Shown here one piece after another: positions 30,001 through 40,500 of a stretch of DNA of 64,000 nt. The stretch is from an uncultured virus (IMG/VR IMGVR_UViG_3300046171_000241) (Duplodnaviria; Heunggongvirae; Uroviricota; Caudoviricetes): the IMG/VR virus record IMGVR_UViG_3300046171_000241, one strand, 5' to 3'. A program made the position numbers and the translations under genes. The number at the start of each line of letters is the position of its first letter. The stretch's first letter is position 1. The notes beneath the pieces were generated by a model. It searched no databases and was not told the DNA's origin. It saw nothing but the letters and a program-made list of their open reading frames with translations.

Positions 30001-33000
30001 TCTATCAGTTTGAGGGAACATGCGTTTTACTGGTTGAGAATAATTCTCTGCAGTAAATGGAGATACAGTTGGGTTATTTGATGCGTTAAGAAGAGTTAGA
30101 TAGTAGATACCATCTTGATCCCCAGTAATATATTTTTGTGCCTCAGAAATCCTATAAACATAATAGGTATTGTCATATCTAGTTCTCTTTAAATGTGGAG
30201 AGATGTTGTTCTAGAAGTGGTATCATTTGCAAATGTTCCTGGATCTGTACTTAATCCAACTGTAAATTGTTTAGCACTTGGTATTTCTTCTACAGAAAAT
30301 AATCTGTTGAAATCCGGAATTTTGTGTTGCAGAAGTGTTATTAGTACTCTTGATATTTACCAACTCTACTTGAGATCCTACACTAAGATCATGTGGAAGT
30401 TCTGTAGTGATCGTTGCAGTATTTCCTACCCAGGATGCATCAGCAATGAACTTAAAGTTTCTTTGTTCATTTTTATTTGCTAAATTTCCCTGTCCCAAAA
30501 TAAGTTTGATATTTGACTATCTGTTCCAGTAGTTGTACTGGTTTCCTGCAAGATATATCCTTCCACAGGAGGTCTTGCAGTTACTGGTCCATCTTTTGGT
30601 ATAACGTATCTTACTCTATAAAGAGTGTCATTAGACTCCCTGTTATCATTTCTTCTATTAATGAATGTTTTAGGTGTTGCCTCACCAAGTTGTGCCGTAC
30701 CAAGACTGGTAACAGTAGAATAAATAGTATTTTCTGTGGAAGCTGTTGATACATTAATATACCATCCAGTTGTATTTCCAGTGCCAATGTACTGAATTGG
30801 GTGACCAATATCACCAGCATTTTTATCAGAAACTCTACTTACAATTTTTAATAATCCACCATTTCCATTGATATCCAATTCCTTGTCATTTAGAGCATCA
30901 TTTAAAGTTTTTGCAAGTTTAATGTTGGTATTTGTAGCAATCCCAAGTGATGTATTTAATGTAATTACGTTATATACAGTATTTGACTGCAATCCATCGG
31001 GAACCTGTCCGGTCTCCCCGATAACACGAACTGTTTCTCCATTGATGAAGTTATGAGCACTTTCAAGAGTAATTGTATTATCTTTGTTTCCATCACTATT
31101 AGACCCAATACTATTAATTCCTGCACGTCTCTTAACATTAAATGATTTTTCTGAAGTTGATTCTTGGACAAAAAGACCATCAAATGGGGAGTTTGTCCCG
31201 TCCATGATGATTCTTGCAGTATATTGATTAGTAACTCCACCCTGTGGAATTAAAATATTCAAAGCATCGTTTTCTCTTGCACCAAGTCTAAATCCTTCAA
31301 TTACATTGCCAGGTGGAACATCAACATTTGATGCACCATATGCAAACAAACGACCAGCTGTTGCTAATCCAACTGTTTTTGCAACATCAATTGCATTAAA
31401 TTCTAAAGAAGATTCTGTTAATGGAATTTCTTTAGGGGGATATATGTGAGATATGTATCCAGTGTCATCCTGACCAAATGCAGTTTTTCTAAATCCTCCA
31501 GATGTTAATGCATTTGCACCAAAGTTAGGAGTTTGAGTTGGTCAGTGAAATATCACCACCATTCTCAGTTACAAAGTGCTCCGCATATCCAATTGCAAAA
31601 ATAGAAACTGCTTGAATAAAGGAGTTATTTGATACCTTTACATGATAATTTCTATAACTGGGTTTATATCTTGCTCTCGAATCTGAACTAATTGATTCAT
31701 TTCCAGATTTTGTATCATCATCATATACACCAGTTGGTATCTCATCTCTATTATATTTGACAAAAGCACTATCATCCTTTTGAAGACCAATTCCAGTGAA
31801 TTGGGCAATAACCATTGAACGGAAACCAGTTGCTTTGTTTCCATCAGCATGAACACCACACATACCATAAACAGATCTCAGAGAGATGTTAAAGATGTAT
31901 GGAGATGCTGAGGTAACTGTATCCGATGAAAGGAATAATTTTGCTCCAGTAGCAGTTGGGTTAGCAACAACTGGGGCATTTTGGACTTGATACTTAATCG
32001 AATTAGCACTAAGTTTTTCAGAGACAACAAATTCCCCATTATATCCAGTTGCACTTATCCCATCTAATTCTAAATGGAGTATCAACTTCCAAACCAGATG
32101 TAATCGGATTATTTGCTTCTAAAGTTACAGTTATATCAGTAGTTGAGGTTGTTCCATCACCTGCAATAATATTAGGTAATGAGAACTTCGCCACCTGTAG
32201 GGTCCAACAATTCTATATTCATCAATTTTTGGTTGGATGTCAAGACCGGCACTTGGATAATCTGGTGAAATTTGACGACCAGATGCTTGCCCATATACTA
32301 ATCCAACTTTCTCATAATACATATCCAGATCGGTTCTGGTTGTAGAATATGTTAGGAAAGTATCATTGATATTAACTGCATTTACTCCATCAGCATACTC
32401 AAAAGCAGGTTAACTTATGGTGAGAGAAATTAGGAACGAATTCGTTCTGTGTGTAATCTTTATAAACTTTACCATTTGCATCACCATCAAACATGGAGAA
32501 CTGCCAGAGATAACATCCACCAGTTACTCTGAACTAGACAAGATCCTCCAATATTATCATTGGTTGGATCAGGAACATATTTTGGTCTTACTTTTGTTTT
32601 TCTTAAGTCTAAACCAACTAATGATGTTCCTCTTGGTAGAATAACTCCACCATCAATACTATTCAGTTTATATAACTCATTATTTGGTGATGTTAAATCA
32701 AAATTTGAATTTACATCAAATGGGGGCAAATCATTCGTTATTCCACCATTTCTTAGGTAATATTCATCTAATCCAAAAGGCACTAATCCTGGTCTATTAT
32801 CAACAATATGCTCACCAGGATATAGTAAAACAGTAGTCTTTCCAAATCTATCATTATCCAGACCTTTCTGGTAAGAAAATCTAGCCGATTCAATTAATGC
32901 ACGCTGAATCGTTTTAAACGGACGTGTTAGTGAATTACCCGTATTTTCAATGCTGTCAGTAGCATCCAAGCTACTAGGGATCAACATAGAGAATGGTGCC

Positions 33001-33042
33001 ACGGGTAGACTTCAGAAAATTATCTAATCTGGAAAGACCCAT
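27091..33042 (-). CDS. very large tail fibre/baseplate structural protein (multiple frameshifts)
   Basis: Starts MGLSRLDNFLKSTRG; fragments 32487-33002, 32131-32322, 31525-32085, 30480-31349, 30271-30498 and 27091-30021 are collinear (RPFKTIQRAL, SPYIFNISLRS, ASGHTFEYVGFGPGNYSTA). Confidence 0.75.
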
Positions 33043-33089
33043 CTTATCTTATTACACTTTATAGTTCTTGTTATGGATTATTTATCCAT

Positions 33090-33114
33090 AAAAAAACCTC
33101 CCCTAAGGGAGGTT
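33090..33114 (-). terminator. intrinsic terminator
   Basis: AACCTCCC-ttag-GGGAGGTT followed by a T run. Confidence 0.85.
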
Positions 33115-33145
33115 GATTAGCACAAATTGGCATTCCTTCACACGG
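33090..33145 (-). ncRNA. candidate ~55-nt small RNA
   Basis: TATAAT at 33148-33153, then CCGTGTGAAGGAATG.., then the terminator; only a 5-codon ORF inside. Confidence 0.4.
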
Positions 33146-33158
33146 ATATTATATATGT

Positions 33159-33356
33159 TTATTTTAGTGATTTTTTTGGTGTTTGCTTCTCATCTAACAT
33201 ATATTCTACTGTATTTGCTACATCATTCATTGCATCACGAAGTTCTCTCTGACTTCCAGAGTATTGTTCCATTTTTGTGACACCATTCTTAAACTCTTCA
33301 CATAAAGTCCATCTCCATACACTTACACCTTTCGAATACCACAAATTAATTTTCAT
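33159..33356 (-). CDS. hypothetical protein
   Basis: 65-aa ORF with AAGGA RBS, MKINLWYS..WRWTL. Confidence 0.7.
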   Translation of the reverse strand: MKINLWYSKGVSVWRWTLCEEFKNGVTKMEQYSGSQRELRDAMNDVANTVEYMLDEKQTPKKSLK

Positions 33357-33375
33357 AATAATCCTTTTTTTAATA

Positions 33376-33449
33376 AGCCACTTACCCGACTTGAACGGGT
33401 GACCTGAGCTTTACAAAAACCCTGCTCTATCCAACTGAGCTAAAGTGGC
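33376..33449 (-). tRNA. tRNA-Thr(UGU)
   Basis: Cloverleaf: acceptor GCCACTT/AAGTGGC, D arm GCTC/GAGC, anticodon loop TTTGTAA, T loop TTCAAGT; no encoded CCA. Confidence 0.93.
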
Positions 33450-33450
33450 A

Positions 33451-33726
33451 TCAATCTACAGGCAACAATTCTGGATTTTCAATTTCCAATTCATGTAGCA
33501 TAGGGTGACATTCCTCAAACATAAGATACATACTCGATTTGTACATTTCTTCTGCGGACCACCTTTTGTTTCCATCAGCAGTTTGAACTACTTCTGGAAG
33601 ATTTCGTGCAATCTCTGGAAGTTCATCAAAAGTAAAAGGAACATTCTGTATCATATATACGAGAATGACTTTACTTCCTTCCTGAGTGTCATACCAAGCA
33701 TATTCGGTATCTATGCGGTAATTCAT
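33451..33726 (-). CDS. hypothetical protein between the tRNAs
   Basis: Start reassigned to MNYRIDTEY because the longer ORF runs through tRNA-Leu; late motif at 33749-33755. Confidence 0.7.
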   Translation of the reverse strand: MNYRIDTEYAWYDTQEGSKVILVYMIQNVPFTFDELPEIARNLPEVVQTADGNKRWSAEEMYKSSMYLMFEECHPMLHELEIENPELLPVD

Positions 33727-33761
33727 TACACTTGCAGTGTACCCATTGTATTTATGGGTAA

Positions 33762-33846
33762 TGCGAGTAGGGAGACTTGAACTCCCACGGGCATTATGCC
33801 CAACAGATTTTAAGTCTGGTGCGTCTACCGATTCCGCCATACTCGC
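33762..33846 (-). tRNA. tRNA-Leu(UAA)
   Basis: Acceptor GCGAGTA/TACTCGC, anticodon loop CTTAAAA, long variable arm GGGCA-taa-TGCCC, T loop TTCAAGT. Confidence 0.95.
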
Positions 33847-33852
33847 AATAAA

Positions 33853-34014
33853 TCAACCTTCTTCAGATTTCCAAGTTATTGGATGAAGACTACAATATTC
33901 GTTAAATGTAATTTTCATCTCTTTATCAGTCAGTCCTGCGTTTCTTGCTGCTTTTGGAATATTCCACTTCGCCACAAATAACATTTCCATAGACTGTCGG
34001 GTTTCTGGTCTCAT
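33853..34014 (-). CDS. small hypothetical protein
   Basis: Manual translation MRPETRQSMEMLFVAKWNIPKAARNAGLTDKEMKITFNEYCSLHPITWKSEEG; possible HTH-like pattern. Confidence 0.6.
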   Translation of the reverse strand: MRPETRQSMEMLFVAKWNIPKAARNAGLTDKEMKITFNEYCSLHPITWKSEEG

Positions 34015-34066
34015 AATTGTAGCAAGTCAGGATTTCTTCGTAAATTGAGGGTTTGTAATAATGCAT

Positions 34067-34105
34067 AAAAAAGGTAATAGGGCAAAAATTTTGGGGAATT
34101 TTTTT
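34067..34105. repeat. A-tract-rich intergenic element, copy 1
   Basis: A6-(G)GTAATAGGG..GGAATTTTTTT, repeated at 60263-60301. Confidence 0.65.
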
Positions 34106-34139
34106 ACCCCCTTTTTTGGAATTAAAAGTCGATTTTCCC

Positions 34140-34323
34140 TCAGACTGGAGACGCATACGCAAGTGTGTCTTCATCAAGCACGGCACGACACAGTTCCAGT
34201 ACACTCATGAACTGGTCCACGGTTTCACAGTCAACGAACCTTCTCGTCACCCTGCTCAGAGTACAGATAGAACTTACGCTTCACGGGGTCCACGACGCAG
34301 CGTGTGAGGTAGTCGTCTTGCAT
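34140..34323 (-). CDS. small hypothetical protein (one extra base near 34237)
   Basis: MQDDYLTRCVVDPVKRKFYLYSEQGDEKV then VDCETVDQFMSVLELCRAVLDEDTLAYASPV; consensus promoter directly upstream. Confidence 0.7.
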
Positions 34324-34347
34324 GGGGGGTGTTTTGCTTACCTACGT

Positions 34348-34376
34348 ATTATAGCGCATTCAGGCGTCCTTGTCAA
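34348..34376 (-). promoter_or_regulatory. sigma70-type early promoter
   Basis: TTGACA-17 bp-TATAAT, perfect consensus. Confidence 0.85.
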
Positions 34377-35436
34377 CCGTTGTATTCTGAGATTGATGTG
34401 GCAATACCAACGAGAGAATCTATTCCACCTTGAAAATCAGAAATATTTTCTGTACGGTTTCCTGCCTCATCATACCATACAGCAAGTTCATCTTGGAGTT
34501 TAGTTGACCTTAAAGTATTAATACCAGAACTATTATCTGCTTGTGGTGGTCCAATACGAACACGTAAATTAGATCTTAAATCATTAATCTGATCAATTAA
34601 ATCTGAAATTGCACTAGAGGAACCTGGTCTCACAACATCAATATTACTACCATCGGCAGCAGAACCCACCTGACCAAAGAAATAAAAATTGCCAAGAGAT
34701 GATAGTGATGTGACTAGTCCTACTGCACCGGCATAATCAGTATCACCAGAATGATATACTGACTCTCCAATACCTAATTTACTGTTTTTATACTCACCAG
34801 ATCCACCGATGCCATTACTAGATACACTAATATACGTACCATTGGCTAGTGGAAGGTCAGTTTCTCCATGACTTCCATTAGAAAGATTTGGATAATGATA
34901 TGCTGCTAAAACATCAGGAAAAATTTGCCCCTTTGCTCCAAATATTTCTACGTCGGGACCACCACCGGGATCTGGGGGACTGCATAACTAACTGAACCAA
35001 TTCCAGCCTTGATAAACAATTCCCGTATTTGGCGCAGTGTCTGTAGGTAAAATTAATCGTCTATTAGGATTTGGATCAACAGAATTAGGAGGTATTGCAT
35101 GAATGCCGCTGACATTATTCCAACAATTTCCTGTTTCTTCGCATTAATTGGATCAATATATTCTCTTTCAAAAATATCATCCATTGCCCTCACAAGTTTT
35201 TTTAATGTCTTTAAACTTTTGAAGTTGTAATCCCCTCATAATCTGGTCTCTTATTTGCCTAACAGCATTCAACATATTGTTGGGGAGATTTTCAACTGGA
35301 AATGGTAGAGGAGAACCTGGATTTTCCTTTAGAGTTTCGTCATCATATGCTTTTTCAGATTGTCAGTTCATTAAAAGCACCAAATTCCTGCCTTACCACC
35401 AGTAGTATCTTGTTTATCCTCAAATGGATTTGCCAT
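34373..35436 (-). CDS. hypothetical structural protein (multiple frameshifts)
   Basis: Starts MANPFEDKQD overlapping the upstream stop; C-terminal part is ORF 34373-34669; middle is disrupted by indels. Confidence 0.5.
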
Positions 35437-36132
35437 TATTTAAATCCTCCAACAATGAAGTAATCATTATTACCTGGATAATCTGCTGGAGATTCTCCAT
35501 CATAAACAACATGCAGTTTTTCCTCATGATTATCCCGATTTATATAACGAGCAACCCACACCTCATAGAAACAATCAATATTTGATGCAGTTCCAGATTT
35601 TATTTTAACTACCTTACCCCAATCAATACTTTCTACAATCAAATCCTGAGAAGATCCAATTTGAGTTAAAGTTACAGTTATAGAATCTGGATCAACCAGA
35701 CCCTCCCAATAATCTGGAAGTTCAATAGTATTTTTACCCGTCAATCTACCACGAACATAGATTCCTGCCTCTGGACCTTCAGCACAAACGTGACGAATTC
35801 TTTTTCCCTCTTTAGTTGCATGGGGAATGTCAAAAGCAGAAGATACTTTATTTCCAGAAGCAACACCATTAAAAGTACCGACGAACAATGGAGCAGTTAC
35901 AACACCGCCAAAGACTCCTGTTGCACCTACTTGCAAGTTTGTATCAACCGCAAGATTTCCTAGTCGCATATTGTAATGCAACCAAGGTTGACATGCTTCT
36001 TTTGGATATGTTGATGCTTGAGTGATTCCTTTGGTCGGGTAATCAAACATCGTAGAAAATCTACCAAAGGTTGGCTGCATCTCCACAATGAGTACTCCAA
36101 GTTATATCTGGGGGTAAAAATTCAAATGCCAT
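35436..36132 (-). CDS. tail spike-associated protein with FDIPH..EGPE chaperone-like domain (frameshift near 36080)
   Basis: FDIPHATKEGKRIRHVCAEGPEAGIYVRG..LPDYWEGLV; paralogue of the next gene. Confidence 0.65.
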
Positions 36133-36929
36133 TATTCTTCTCTCTTGTCGTAGTGGTATCCTGAAACAGAATATTCGTCATTGTTGCCTGGGTAATCTGA
36201 TGGACTTTCTCCTTCATATTCTGGAATAAGTCTTTCTCCATCAGACCTTTCACCATAGATGTGATAGTAACAGTTGATAGGAATACCTCCGTTTGACTGA
36301 AGATATACTTTATCTTCATCAACTCTTTTCACAATTACATTTTGATGTGCTCCGATTGGAGTTAAATTAACTGTGATTGTAGTCCAATCAACTAGTCCCT
36401 TCCAATATGTAGGTAGCAAAATTTCATTTGTATTTCTTACCTTACCTCTAACATATACATCATTAGATGGTCCTTCAGGGCAGGTATGTCTTAATCTATA
36501 TCCAGGTTTGGTTGGGTGTGGGATATCAAAATTCTTCTTTGCAGCAAGAATATGCCCACCATTATTGGACATAACATCACCCTGTGTTATCAGATGACGA
36601 CCACCAAATATATCGGTTTCTGTATCAACAATTCCTAAAAGTACAGTGGGTCCAGAGACTGCAAGTGAATAAGGACTATGATTTCCACCTGGCATCAATG
36701 CTCCTGGAGTATTACCAGCCACGGCAGACATTGGTGCCCCATCAGAGTTAGCATATGCACCAATACAAACTGTTGCATATGGAGTTGAAAATTCCTGTGC
36801 TCCTCCAAAGACGGCAGGTCCCTCAATATACGAACCTCCATTAACTTTTAAAGCACCCTCTCCGATAGCAGGGACAATACCAACTCCAACTCGAAGTTGT
36901 CCTCCTGTAATTATTTCATCTAAATTCAT
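36132..36929 (-). CDS. tail spike-associated protein with FDIPHP..EGP chaperone-like domain
   Basis: KNFDIPHPTKPGYRLRHTCPEGPSNDVYVRG..LPTYWKGLV. Confidence 0.65.
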   Translation of the reverse strand: MNLDEIITGGQLRVGVGIVPAIGEGALKVNGGSYIEGPAVFGGAQEFSTPYATVCIGAYANSDGAPMSAVAGNTPGALMPGGNHSPYSLAVSGPTVLLGIVDTETDIFGGRHLITQGDVMSNNGGHILAAKKNFDIPHPTKPGYRLRHTCPEGPSNDVYVRGKVRNTNEILLPTYWKGLVDWTTITVNLTPIGAHQNVIVKRVDEDKVYLQSNGGIPINCYYHIYGERSDGERLIPEYEGESPSDYPGNNDEYSVSGYHYDKREE

Positions 36930-36932
36930 TTT

Positions 36933-37556
36933 TTATGCTAAGGTAAAGTTCTTGTCGTGATGATACCAATTTCCATACTTGTCCCTTTTAAGAGAAGAAG
37001 CATCAGTGCATGATCTTGTAACTGCTGCAATAAATTTCATCTGACCATTTGCGATCAACTCTAAAGAATTTGGTGTTGCTAATCTAAGAAGATTTTTGGC
37101 AGTACCATTAATCTTTTTGGCATCCATAATAATATTTTCGGATGCATTTAATATGATATTTCCTTGATCATTCTTACCAACAGCAACTAACTCAATGTCA
37201 TCAGCTACCATTCTTATTTTACCATTACTGGCAATAATGTCAATATCACCATTCTCTGCATTAAAAAATATACCATCTTGCTCAGTGTCAAGATCCGCAC
37301 CACACTTGATGGCAACAGTTCCAGGACTGGTTAGTGTTGTGTATCCCGGTCGTTGTCCGTCATGATCCATATAGAAACGATGACGACCATCTTTACCCTG
37401 TAACATCACAGAAGATGTTACATCACCTTTCTTATGGACTTTACCAAAAGAAATAGATCCATGATCATTACCATACTGAACGGCATTATAATTACCCTTT
37501 GCTGTTGCAGACTCTTCCCCCGTTCTACTGTTATTTGTGGTTGATTGCGTTGACAT
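36933..37556 (-). CDS. gp5 C-terminal-like beta-helix spike protein
   Basis: AENGDIDIIASNGKIRMVADDIEL..GNIILNASENI repeats; lies downstream of gp5. Confidence 0.55.
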   Translation of the reverse strand: MSTQSTTNNSRTGEESATAKGNYNAVQYGNDHGSISFGKVHKKGDVTSSVMLQGKDGRHRFYMDHDGQRPGYTTLTSPGTVAIKCGADLDTEQDGIFFNAENGDIDIIASNGKIRMVADDIELVAVGKNDQGNIILNASENIIMDAKKINGTAKNLLRLATPNSLELIANGQMKFIAAVTRSCTDASSLKRDKYGNWYHHDKNFTLA

Positions 37557-37579
37557 TTATTTTATTCAGTAGTTACTAT

Positions 37580-40500
37580 TTAAGCAAGATTATTTGGTGT
37601 TCCTGGAATATTAAGTCTAGGATTATTACTATTAATATCAGTACCAGATCTCTGAATTGCAGAAGGTCTAGTAGTAACTTCAGAGTCAATACTCTCTTGT
37701 AGAGTAGCATAGACTTGAATAAGTTTTCCTGCAGTTTCATATCTTCCAGCGAACGGAGTTCCATCTTTAAAGAAGACTTCACCATAGTATGCGCGACCCT
37801 CAACATAACCAGTCTGCTTAAGACCAGCAAGGTCAGTAACTTGAATTACTGTATCAGGATCCGCAGCAGGAGTATCTGGAATCAATTCTGTGTCAATAGT
37901 CGGAACAAATCCTACCCCTGTAGAAGTACTGATAGTAATTATTGGATATGTAGGTAATTAGTGTTGGGGGAGGTATAATCTTAACAATTTTTCCAAAATC
38001 ACCAACCTCAATAGGAATATCACTAACGATACCAACGATAGTAGCAGTATCTCCAGGAGTATATCCAATTCCAGGTTTTAGTGGAATGATATCTTTGAGG
38101 AGAAGTTGACTTGGAATACCCTCACCATCCTCAGTAGGTGTATAGGTATTTCCAGGTTCAGGTCATAATAACCTTAGTTACTGTTCCAATACCACCAACA
38201 ACTCTTTCGCATGGAGGAGCAAGAAGAACTGCACTGATTCCTACAGGATTAACTAACCAAGATCTTTGGTCTGCAAGTTCCATAGGAATTTCACATGTAA
38301 TTTTACACGCAGCAACAGTTGGATTTTGCTGAAAAGTGGTTCCAGTTATTGCAAGATTGTTCAAGATTAATTTAATATCATGTTTTCCTGAGGACACTCT
38401 AGCATTGACAGTTTTAACGCCTTTATTAGTTGCTACAGTAGCTACTTTTTTATACCCACTCTGACCAAAACTATTTTTTAAATTAGTACCTATTAAAACC
38501 TCTAAAATATCATCTGCCTCAATTTCAATTTTATAATTACCATCAATTGGAAAATCAACGTTCTCCCAAACCATCTCCCAAGTTCTACCCTGTAAGGCTG
38601 CTTCACCACCTTCTCTTGTTCCCCTGAGGAAGAATGGTGATAAGAAAGGTCCAAGAGTTCCTCTCCTATATGTTGTAAGAGTTGGATTTTGAATTACCGG
38701 AGCAGTATTTTCAACTATTCTACTATTATTAGCACCACCACCGCGAGTAGTTGCAGTTCTAGAAAGTTCTTTATCTTTAATAGTATACTTAGCACCATCA
38801 ACATTAGTAATCGCTGCCCCTGGAGTAAACACTCTATCATCAAATCTAAATGTTAAGTCCCAAGTCCCTCTACGAGTTCTTCTTCCCTTTTTATTACTAT
38901 CTACTTCTTTAGTTCTATGTTTATTAGATGGAGTAAAGATACCAGCAGTACACTGAATCATCATATCATTATTATCATTCTTTGATTTCACAACATCAGC
39001 AAACACTGTATTACTTTCAGCATTTTGTCCTTGTTCATTTGTTACATCAGATTGTCCAAATTTATTATCTGATAATGTTCCTTGCTCAACAGTTCCTCTA
39101 TCAGTAGTTGTAATAACTATTGGTTTAATATCAATTTCTTTTGTTGCATTGAATTTAACAAGTTTAGCGTCTTCACCTCTGGATCCTACTCTATTAAAAG
39201 TGACTCCATTAATTTCAACAGCATCCAAAGCAACTCCACCAGTACTTGGATTATCATCCACATCAAGATTAATCGTAACTGTAACATTACCTTTAACCTC
39301 AATACCTCTACCATCATCGGTAAATTTAGCAGTTCCTCCTTCTGGTTCAACATTTTCAATTCTGATTACAGCATTTTGATCACTACCGTCACCATCTTTT
39401 AATCTAATTCTTTGACCACTGTTTGTAACTTCAATTGGGTTGTTACTACTATTTAAATTCGTATAGGTGAGCGGAAATATTTTTGTGATGTTTTCTGTGG
39501 TTGTTCCTGAAGAATTTGAGTTTCCAACTGTTATGGTTTGGGTTATATTATCTTTTTTATTCTGATGTGATGTCTGTTTCCATGTCTTACCAGCGACTTT
39601 AATACTACCAACTGCTTTTCCATTGCTGTTTGGATCATCATTCCATGAGAGTTCTAAAGAAACATCACCATTACCCTTTACAATTAATTCGGATCCATCC
39701 CCACTAAACTTTGCAGTTACTCCAGGTGATTTTGATACAATATTAAATTCTGCATCATTATCCATTTGATCAGTTGTATCAGTATAGATAATTTTTTCAT
39801 CTGTAACTCTGACAATTTTAGCCTTGTTACCTCTACCTTGTGTTCCTGGTGCTGCTACTTCAATTGGATACGCTCTTTCTTTAGTTGTGGTTATTTTTGG
39901 TGTTCCAATAAAAGTAACTTTATAATCAGTATTACGTTTTACTTTTTTGGTTATAGATTCCGTTACTTTACTCTTCTCTACATTATTAATTGTGAAAGTA
40001 TGATCTCCACCTTTTTCTTTAAAGATGGCTTTGATGTCCATATTTTTTTTAGATCCTTGACCATAAACTTTAAATTCAACAGGGACTCTGATGGGTCTAT
40101 CTTTTCTACTAGATTTAGTTACCCAATCTTTAGTATGAAATACTTTCTTCGTGACTTGTCTATACTTAATTATTTCACCTTGAGTGACATTAATATCAAT
40201 TTGGGCTTTACCTTTCTCTAAGAAAATTTTATTACTAGTCAACTTAGATTTTTCAGTTCTAAATCCATTAATTTTTTTAATTTCTTGAACAGTTTTGGAG
40301 GTAACCTCACTATTATCTGGTTCTTGAGTGATGGTACATTTAGCAAGATTATCAACAGTTCCTTTGAAGTTATAAAAACCTGTATATGGAATATTAGCCA
40401 ACCAAGTGTTATCCCAAGACTGTCCACTATATCCACTACCTTTAACGCCAATAGGAAGAACCGGTGACATCGCATAACGATTCATAAATTTACTCCAAGT

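Noticed and set aside
201..33042. Invertase or shufflon switching of fibre tips
   Set aside because: All modules are co-oriented; no recombinase or inverted crossover sites were seen in the window.
33727..33840. N-terminal extension of ORF 33451-33840
   Set aside because: It is a translation of tRNA-Leu.
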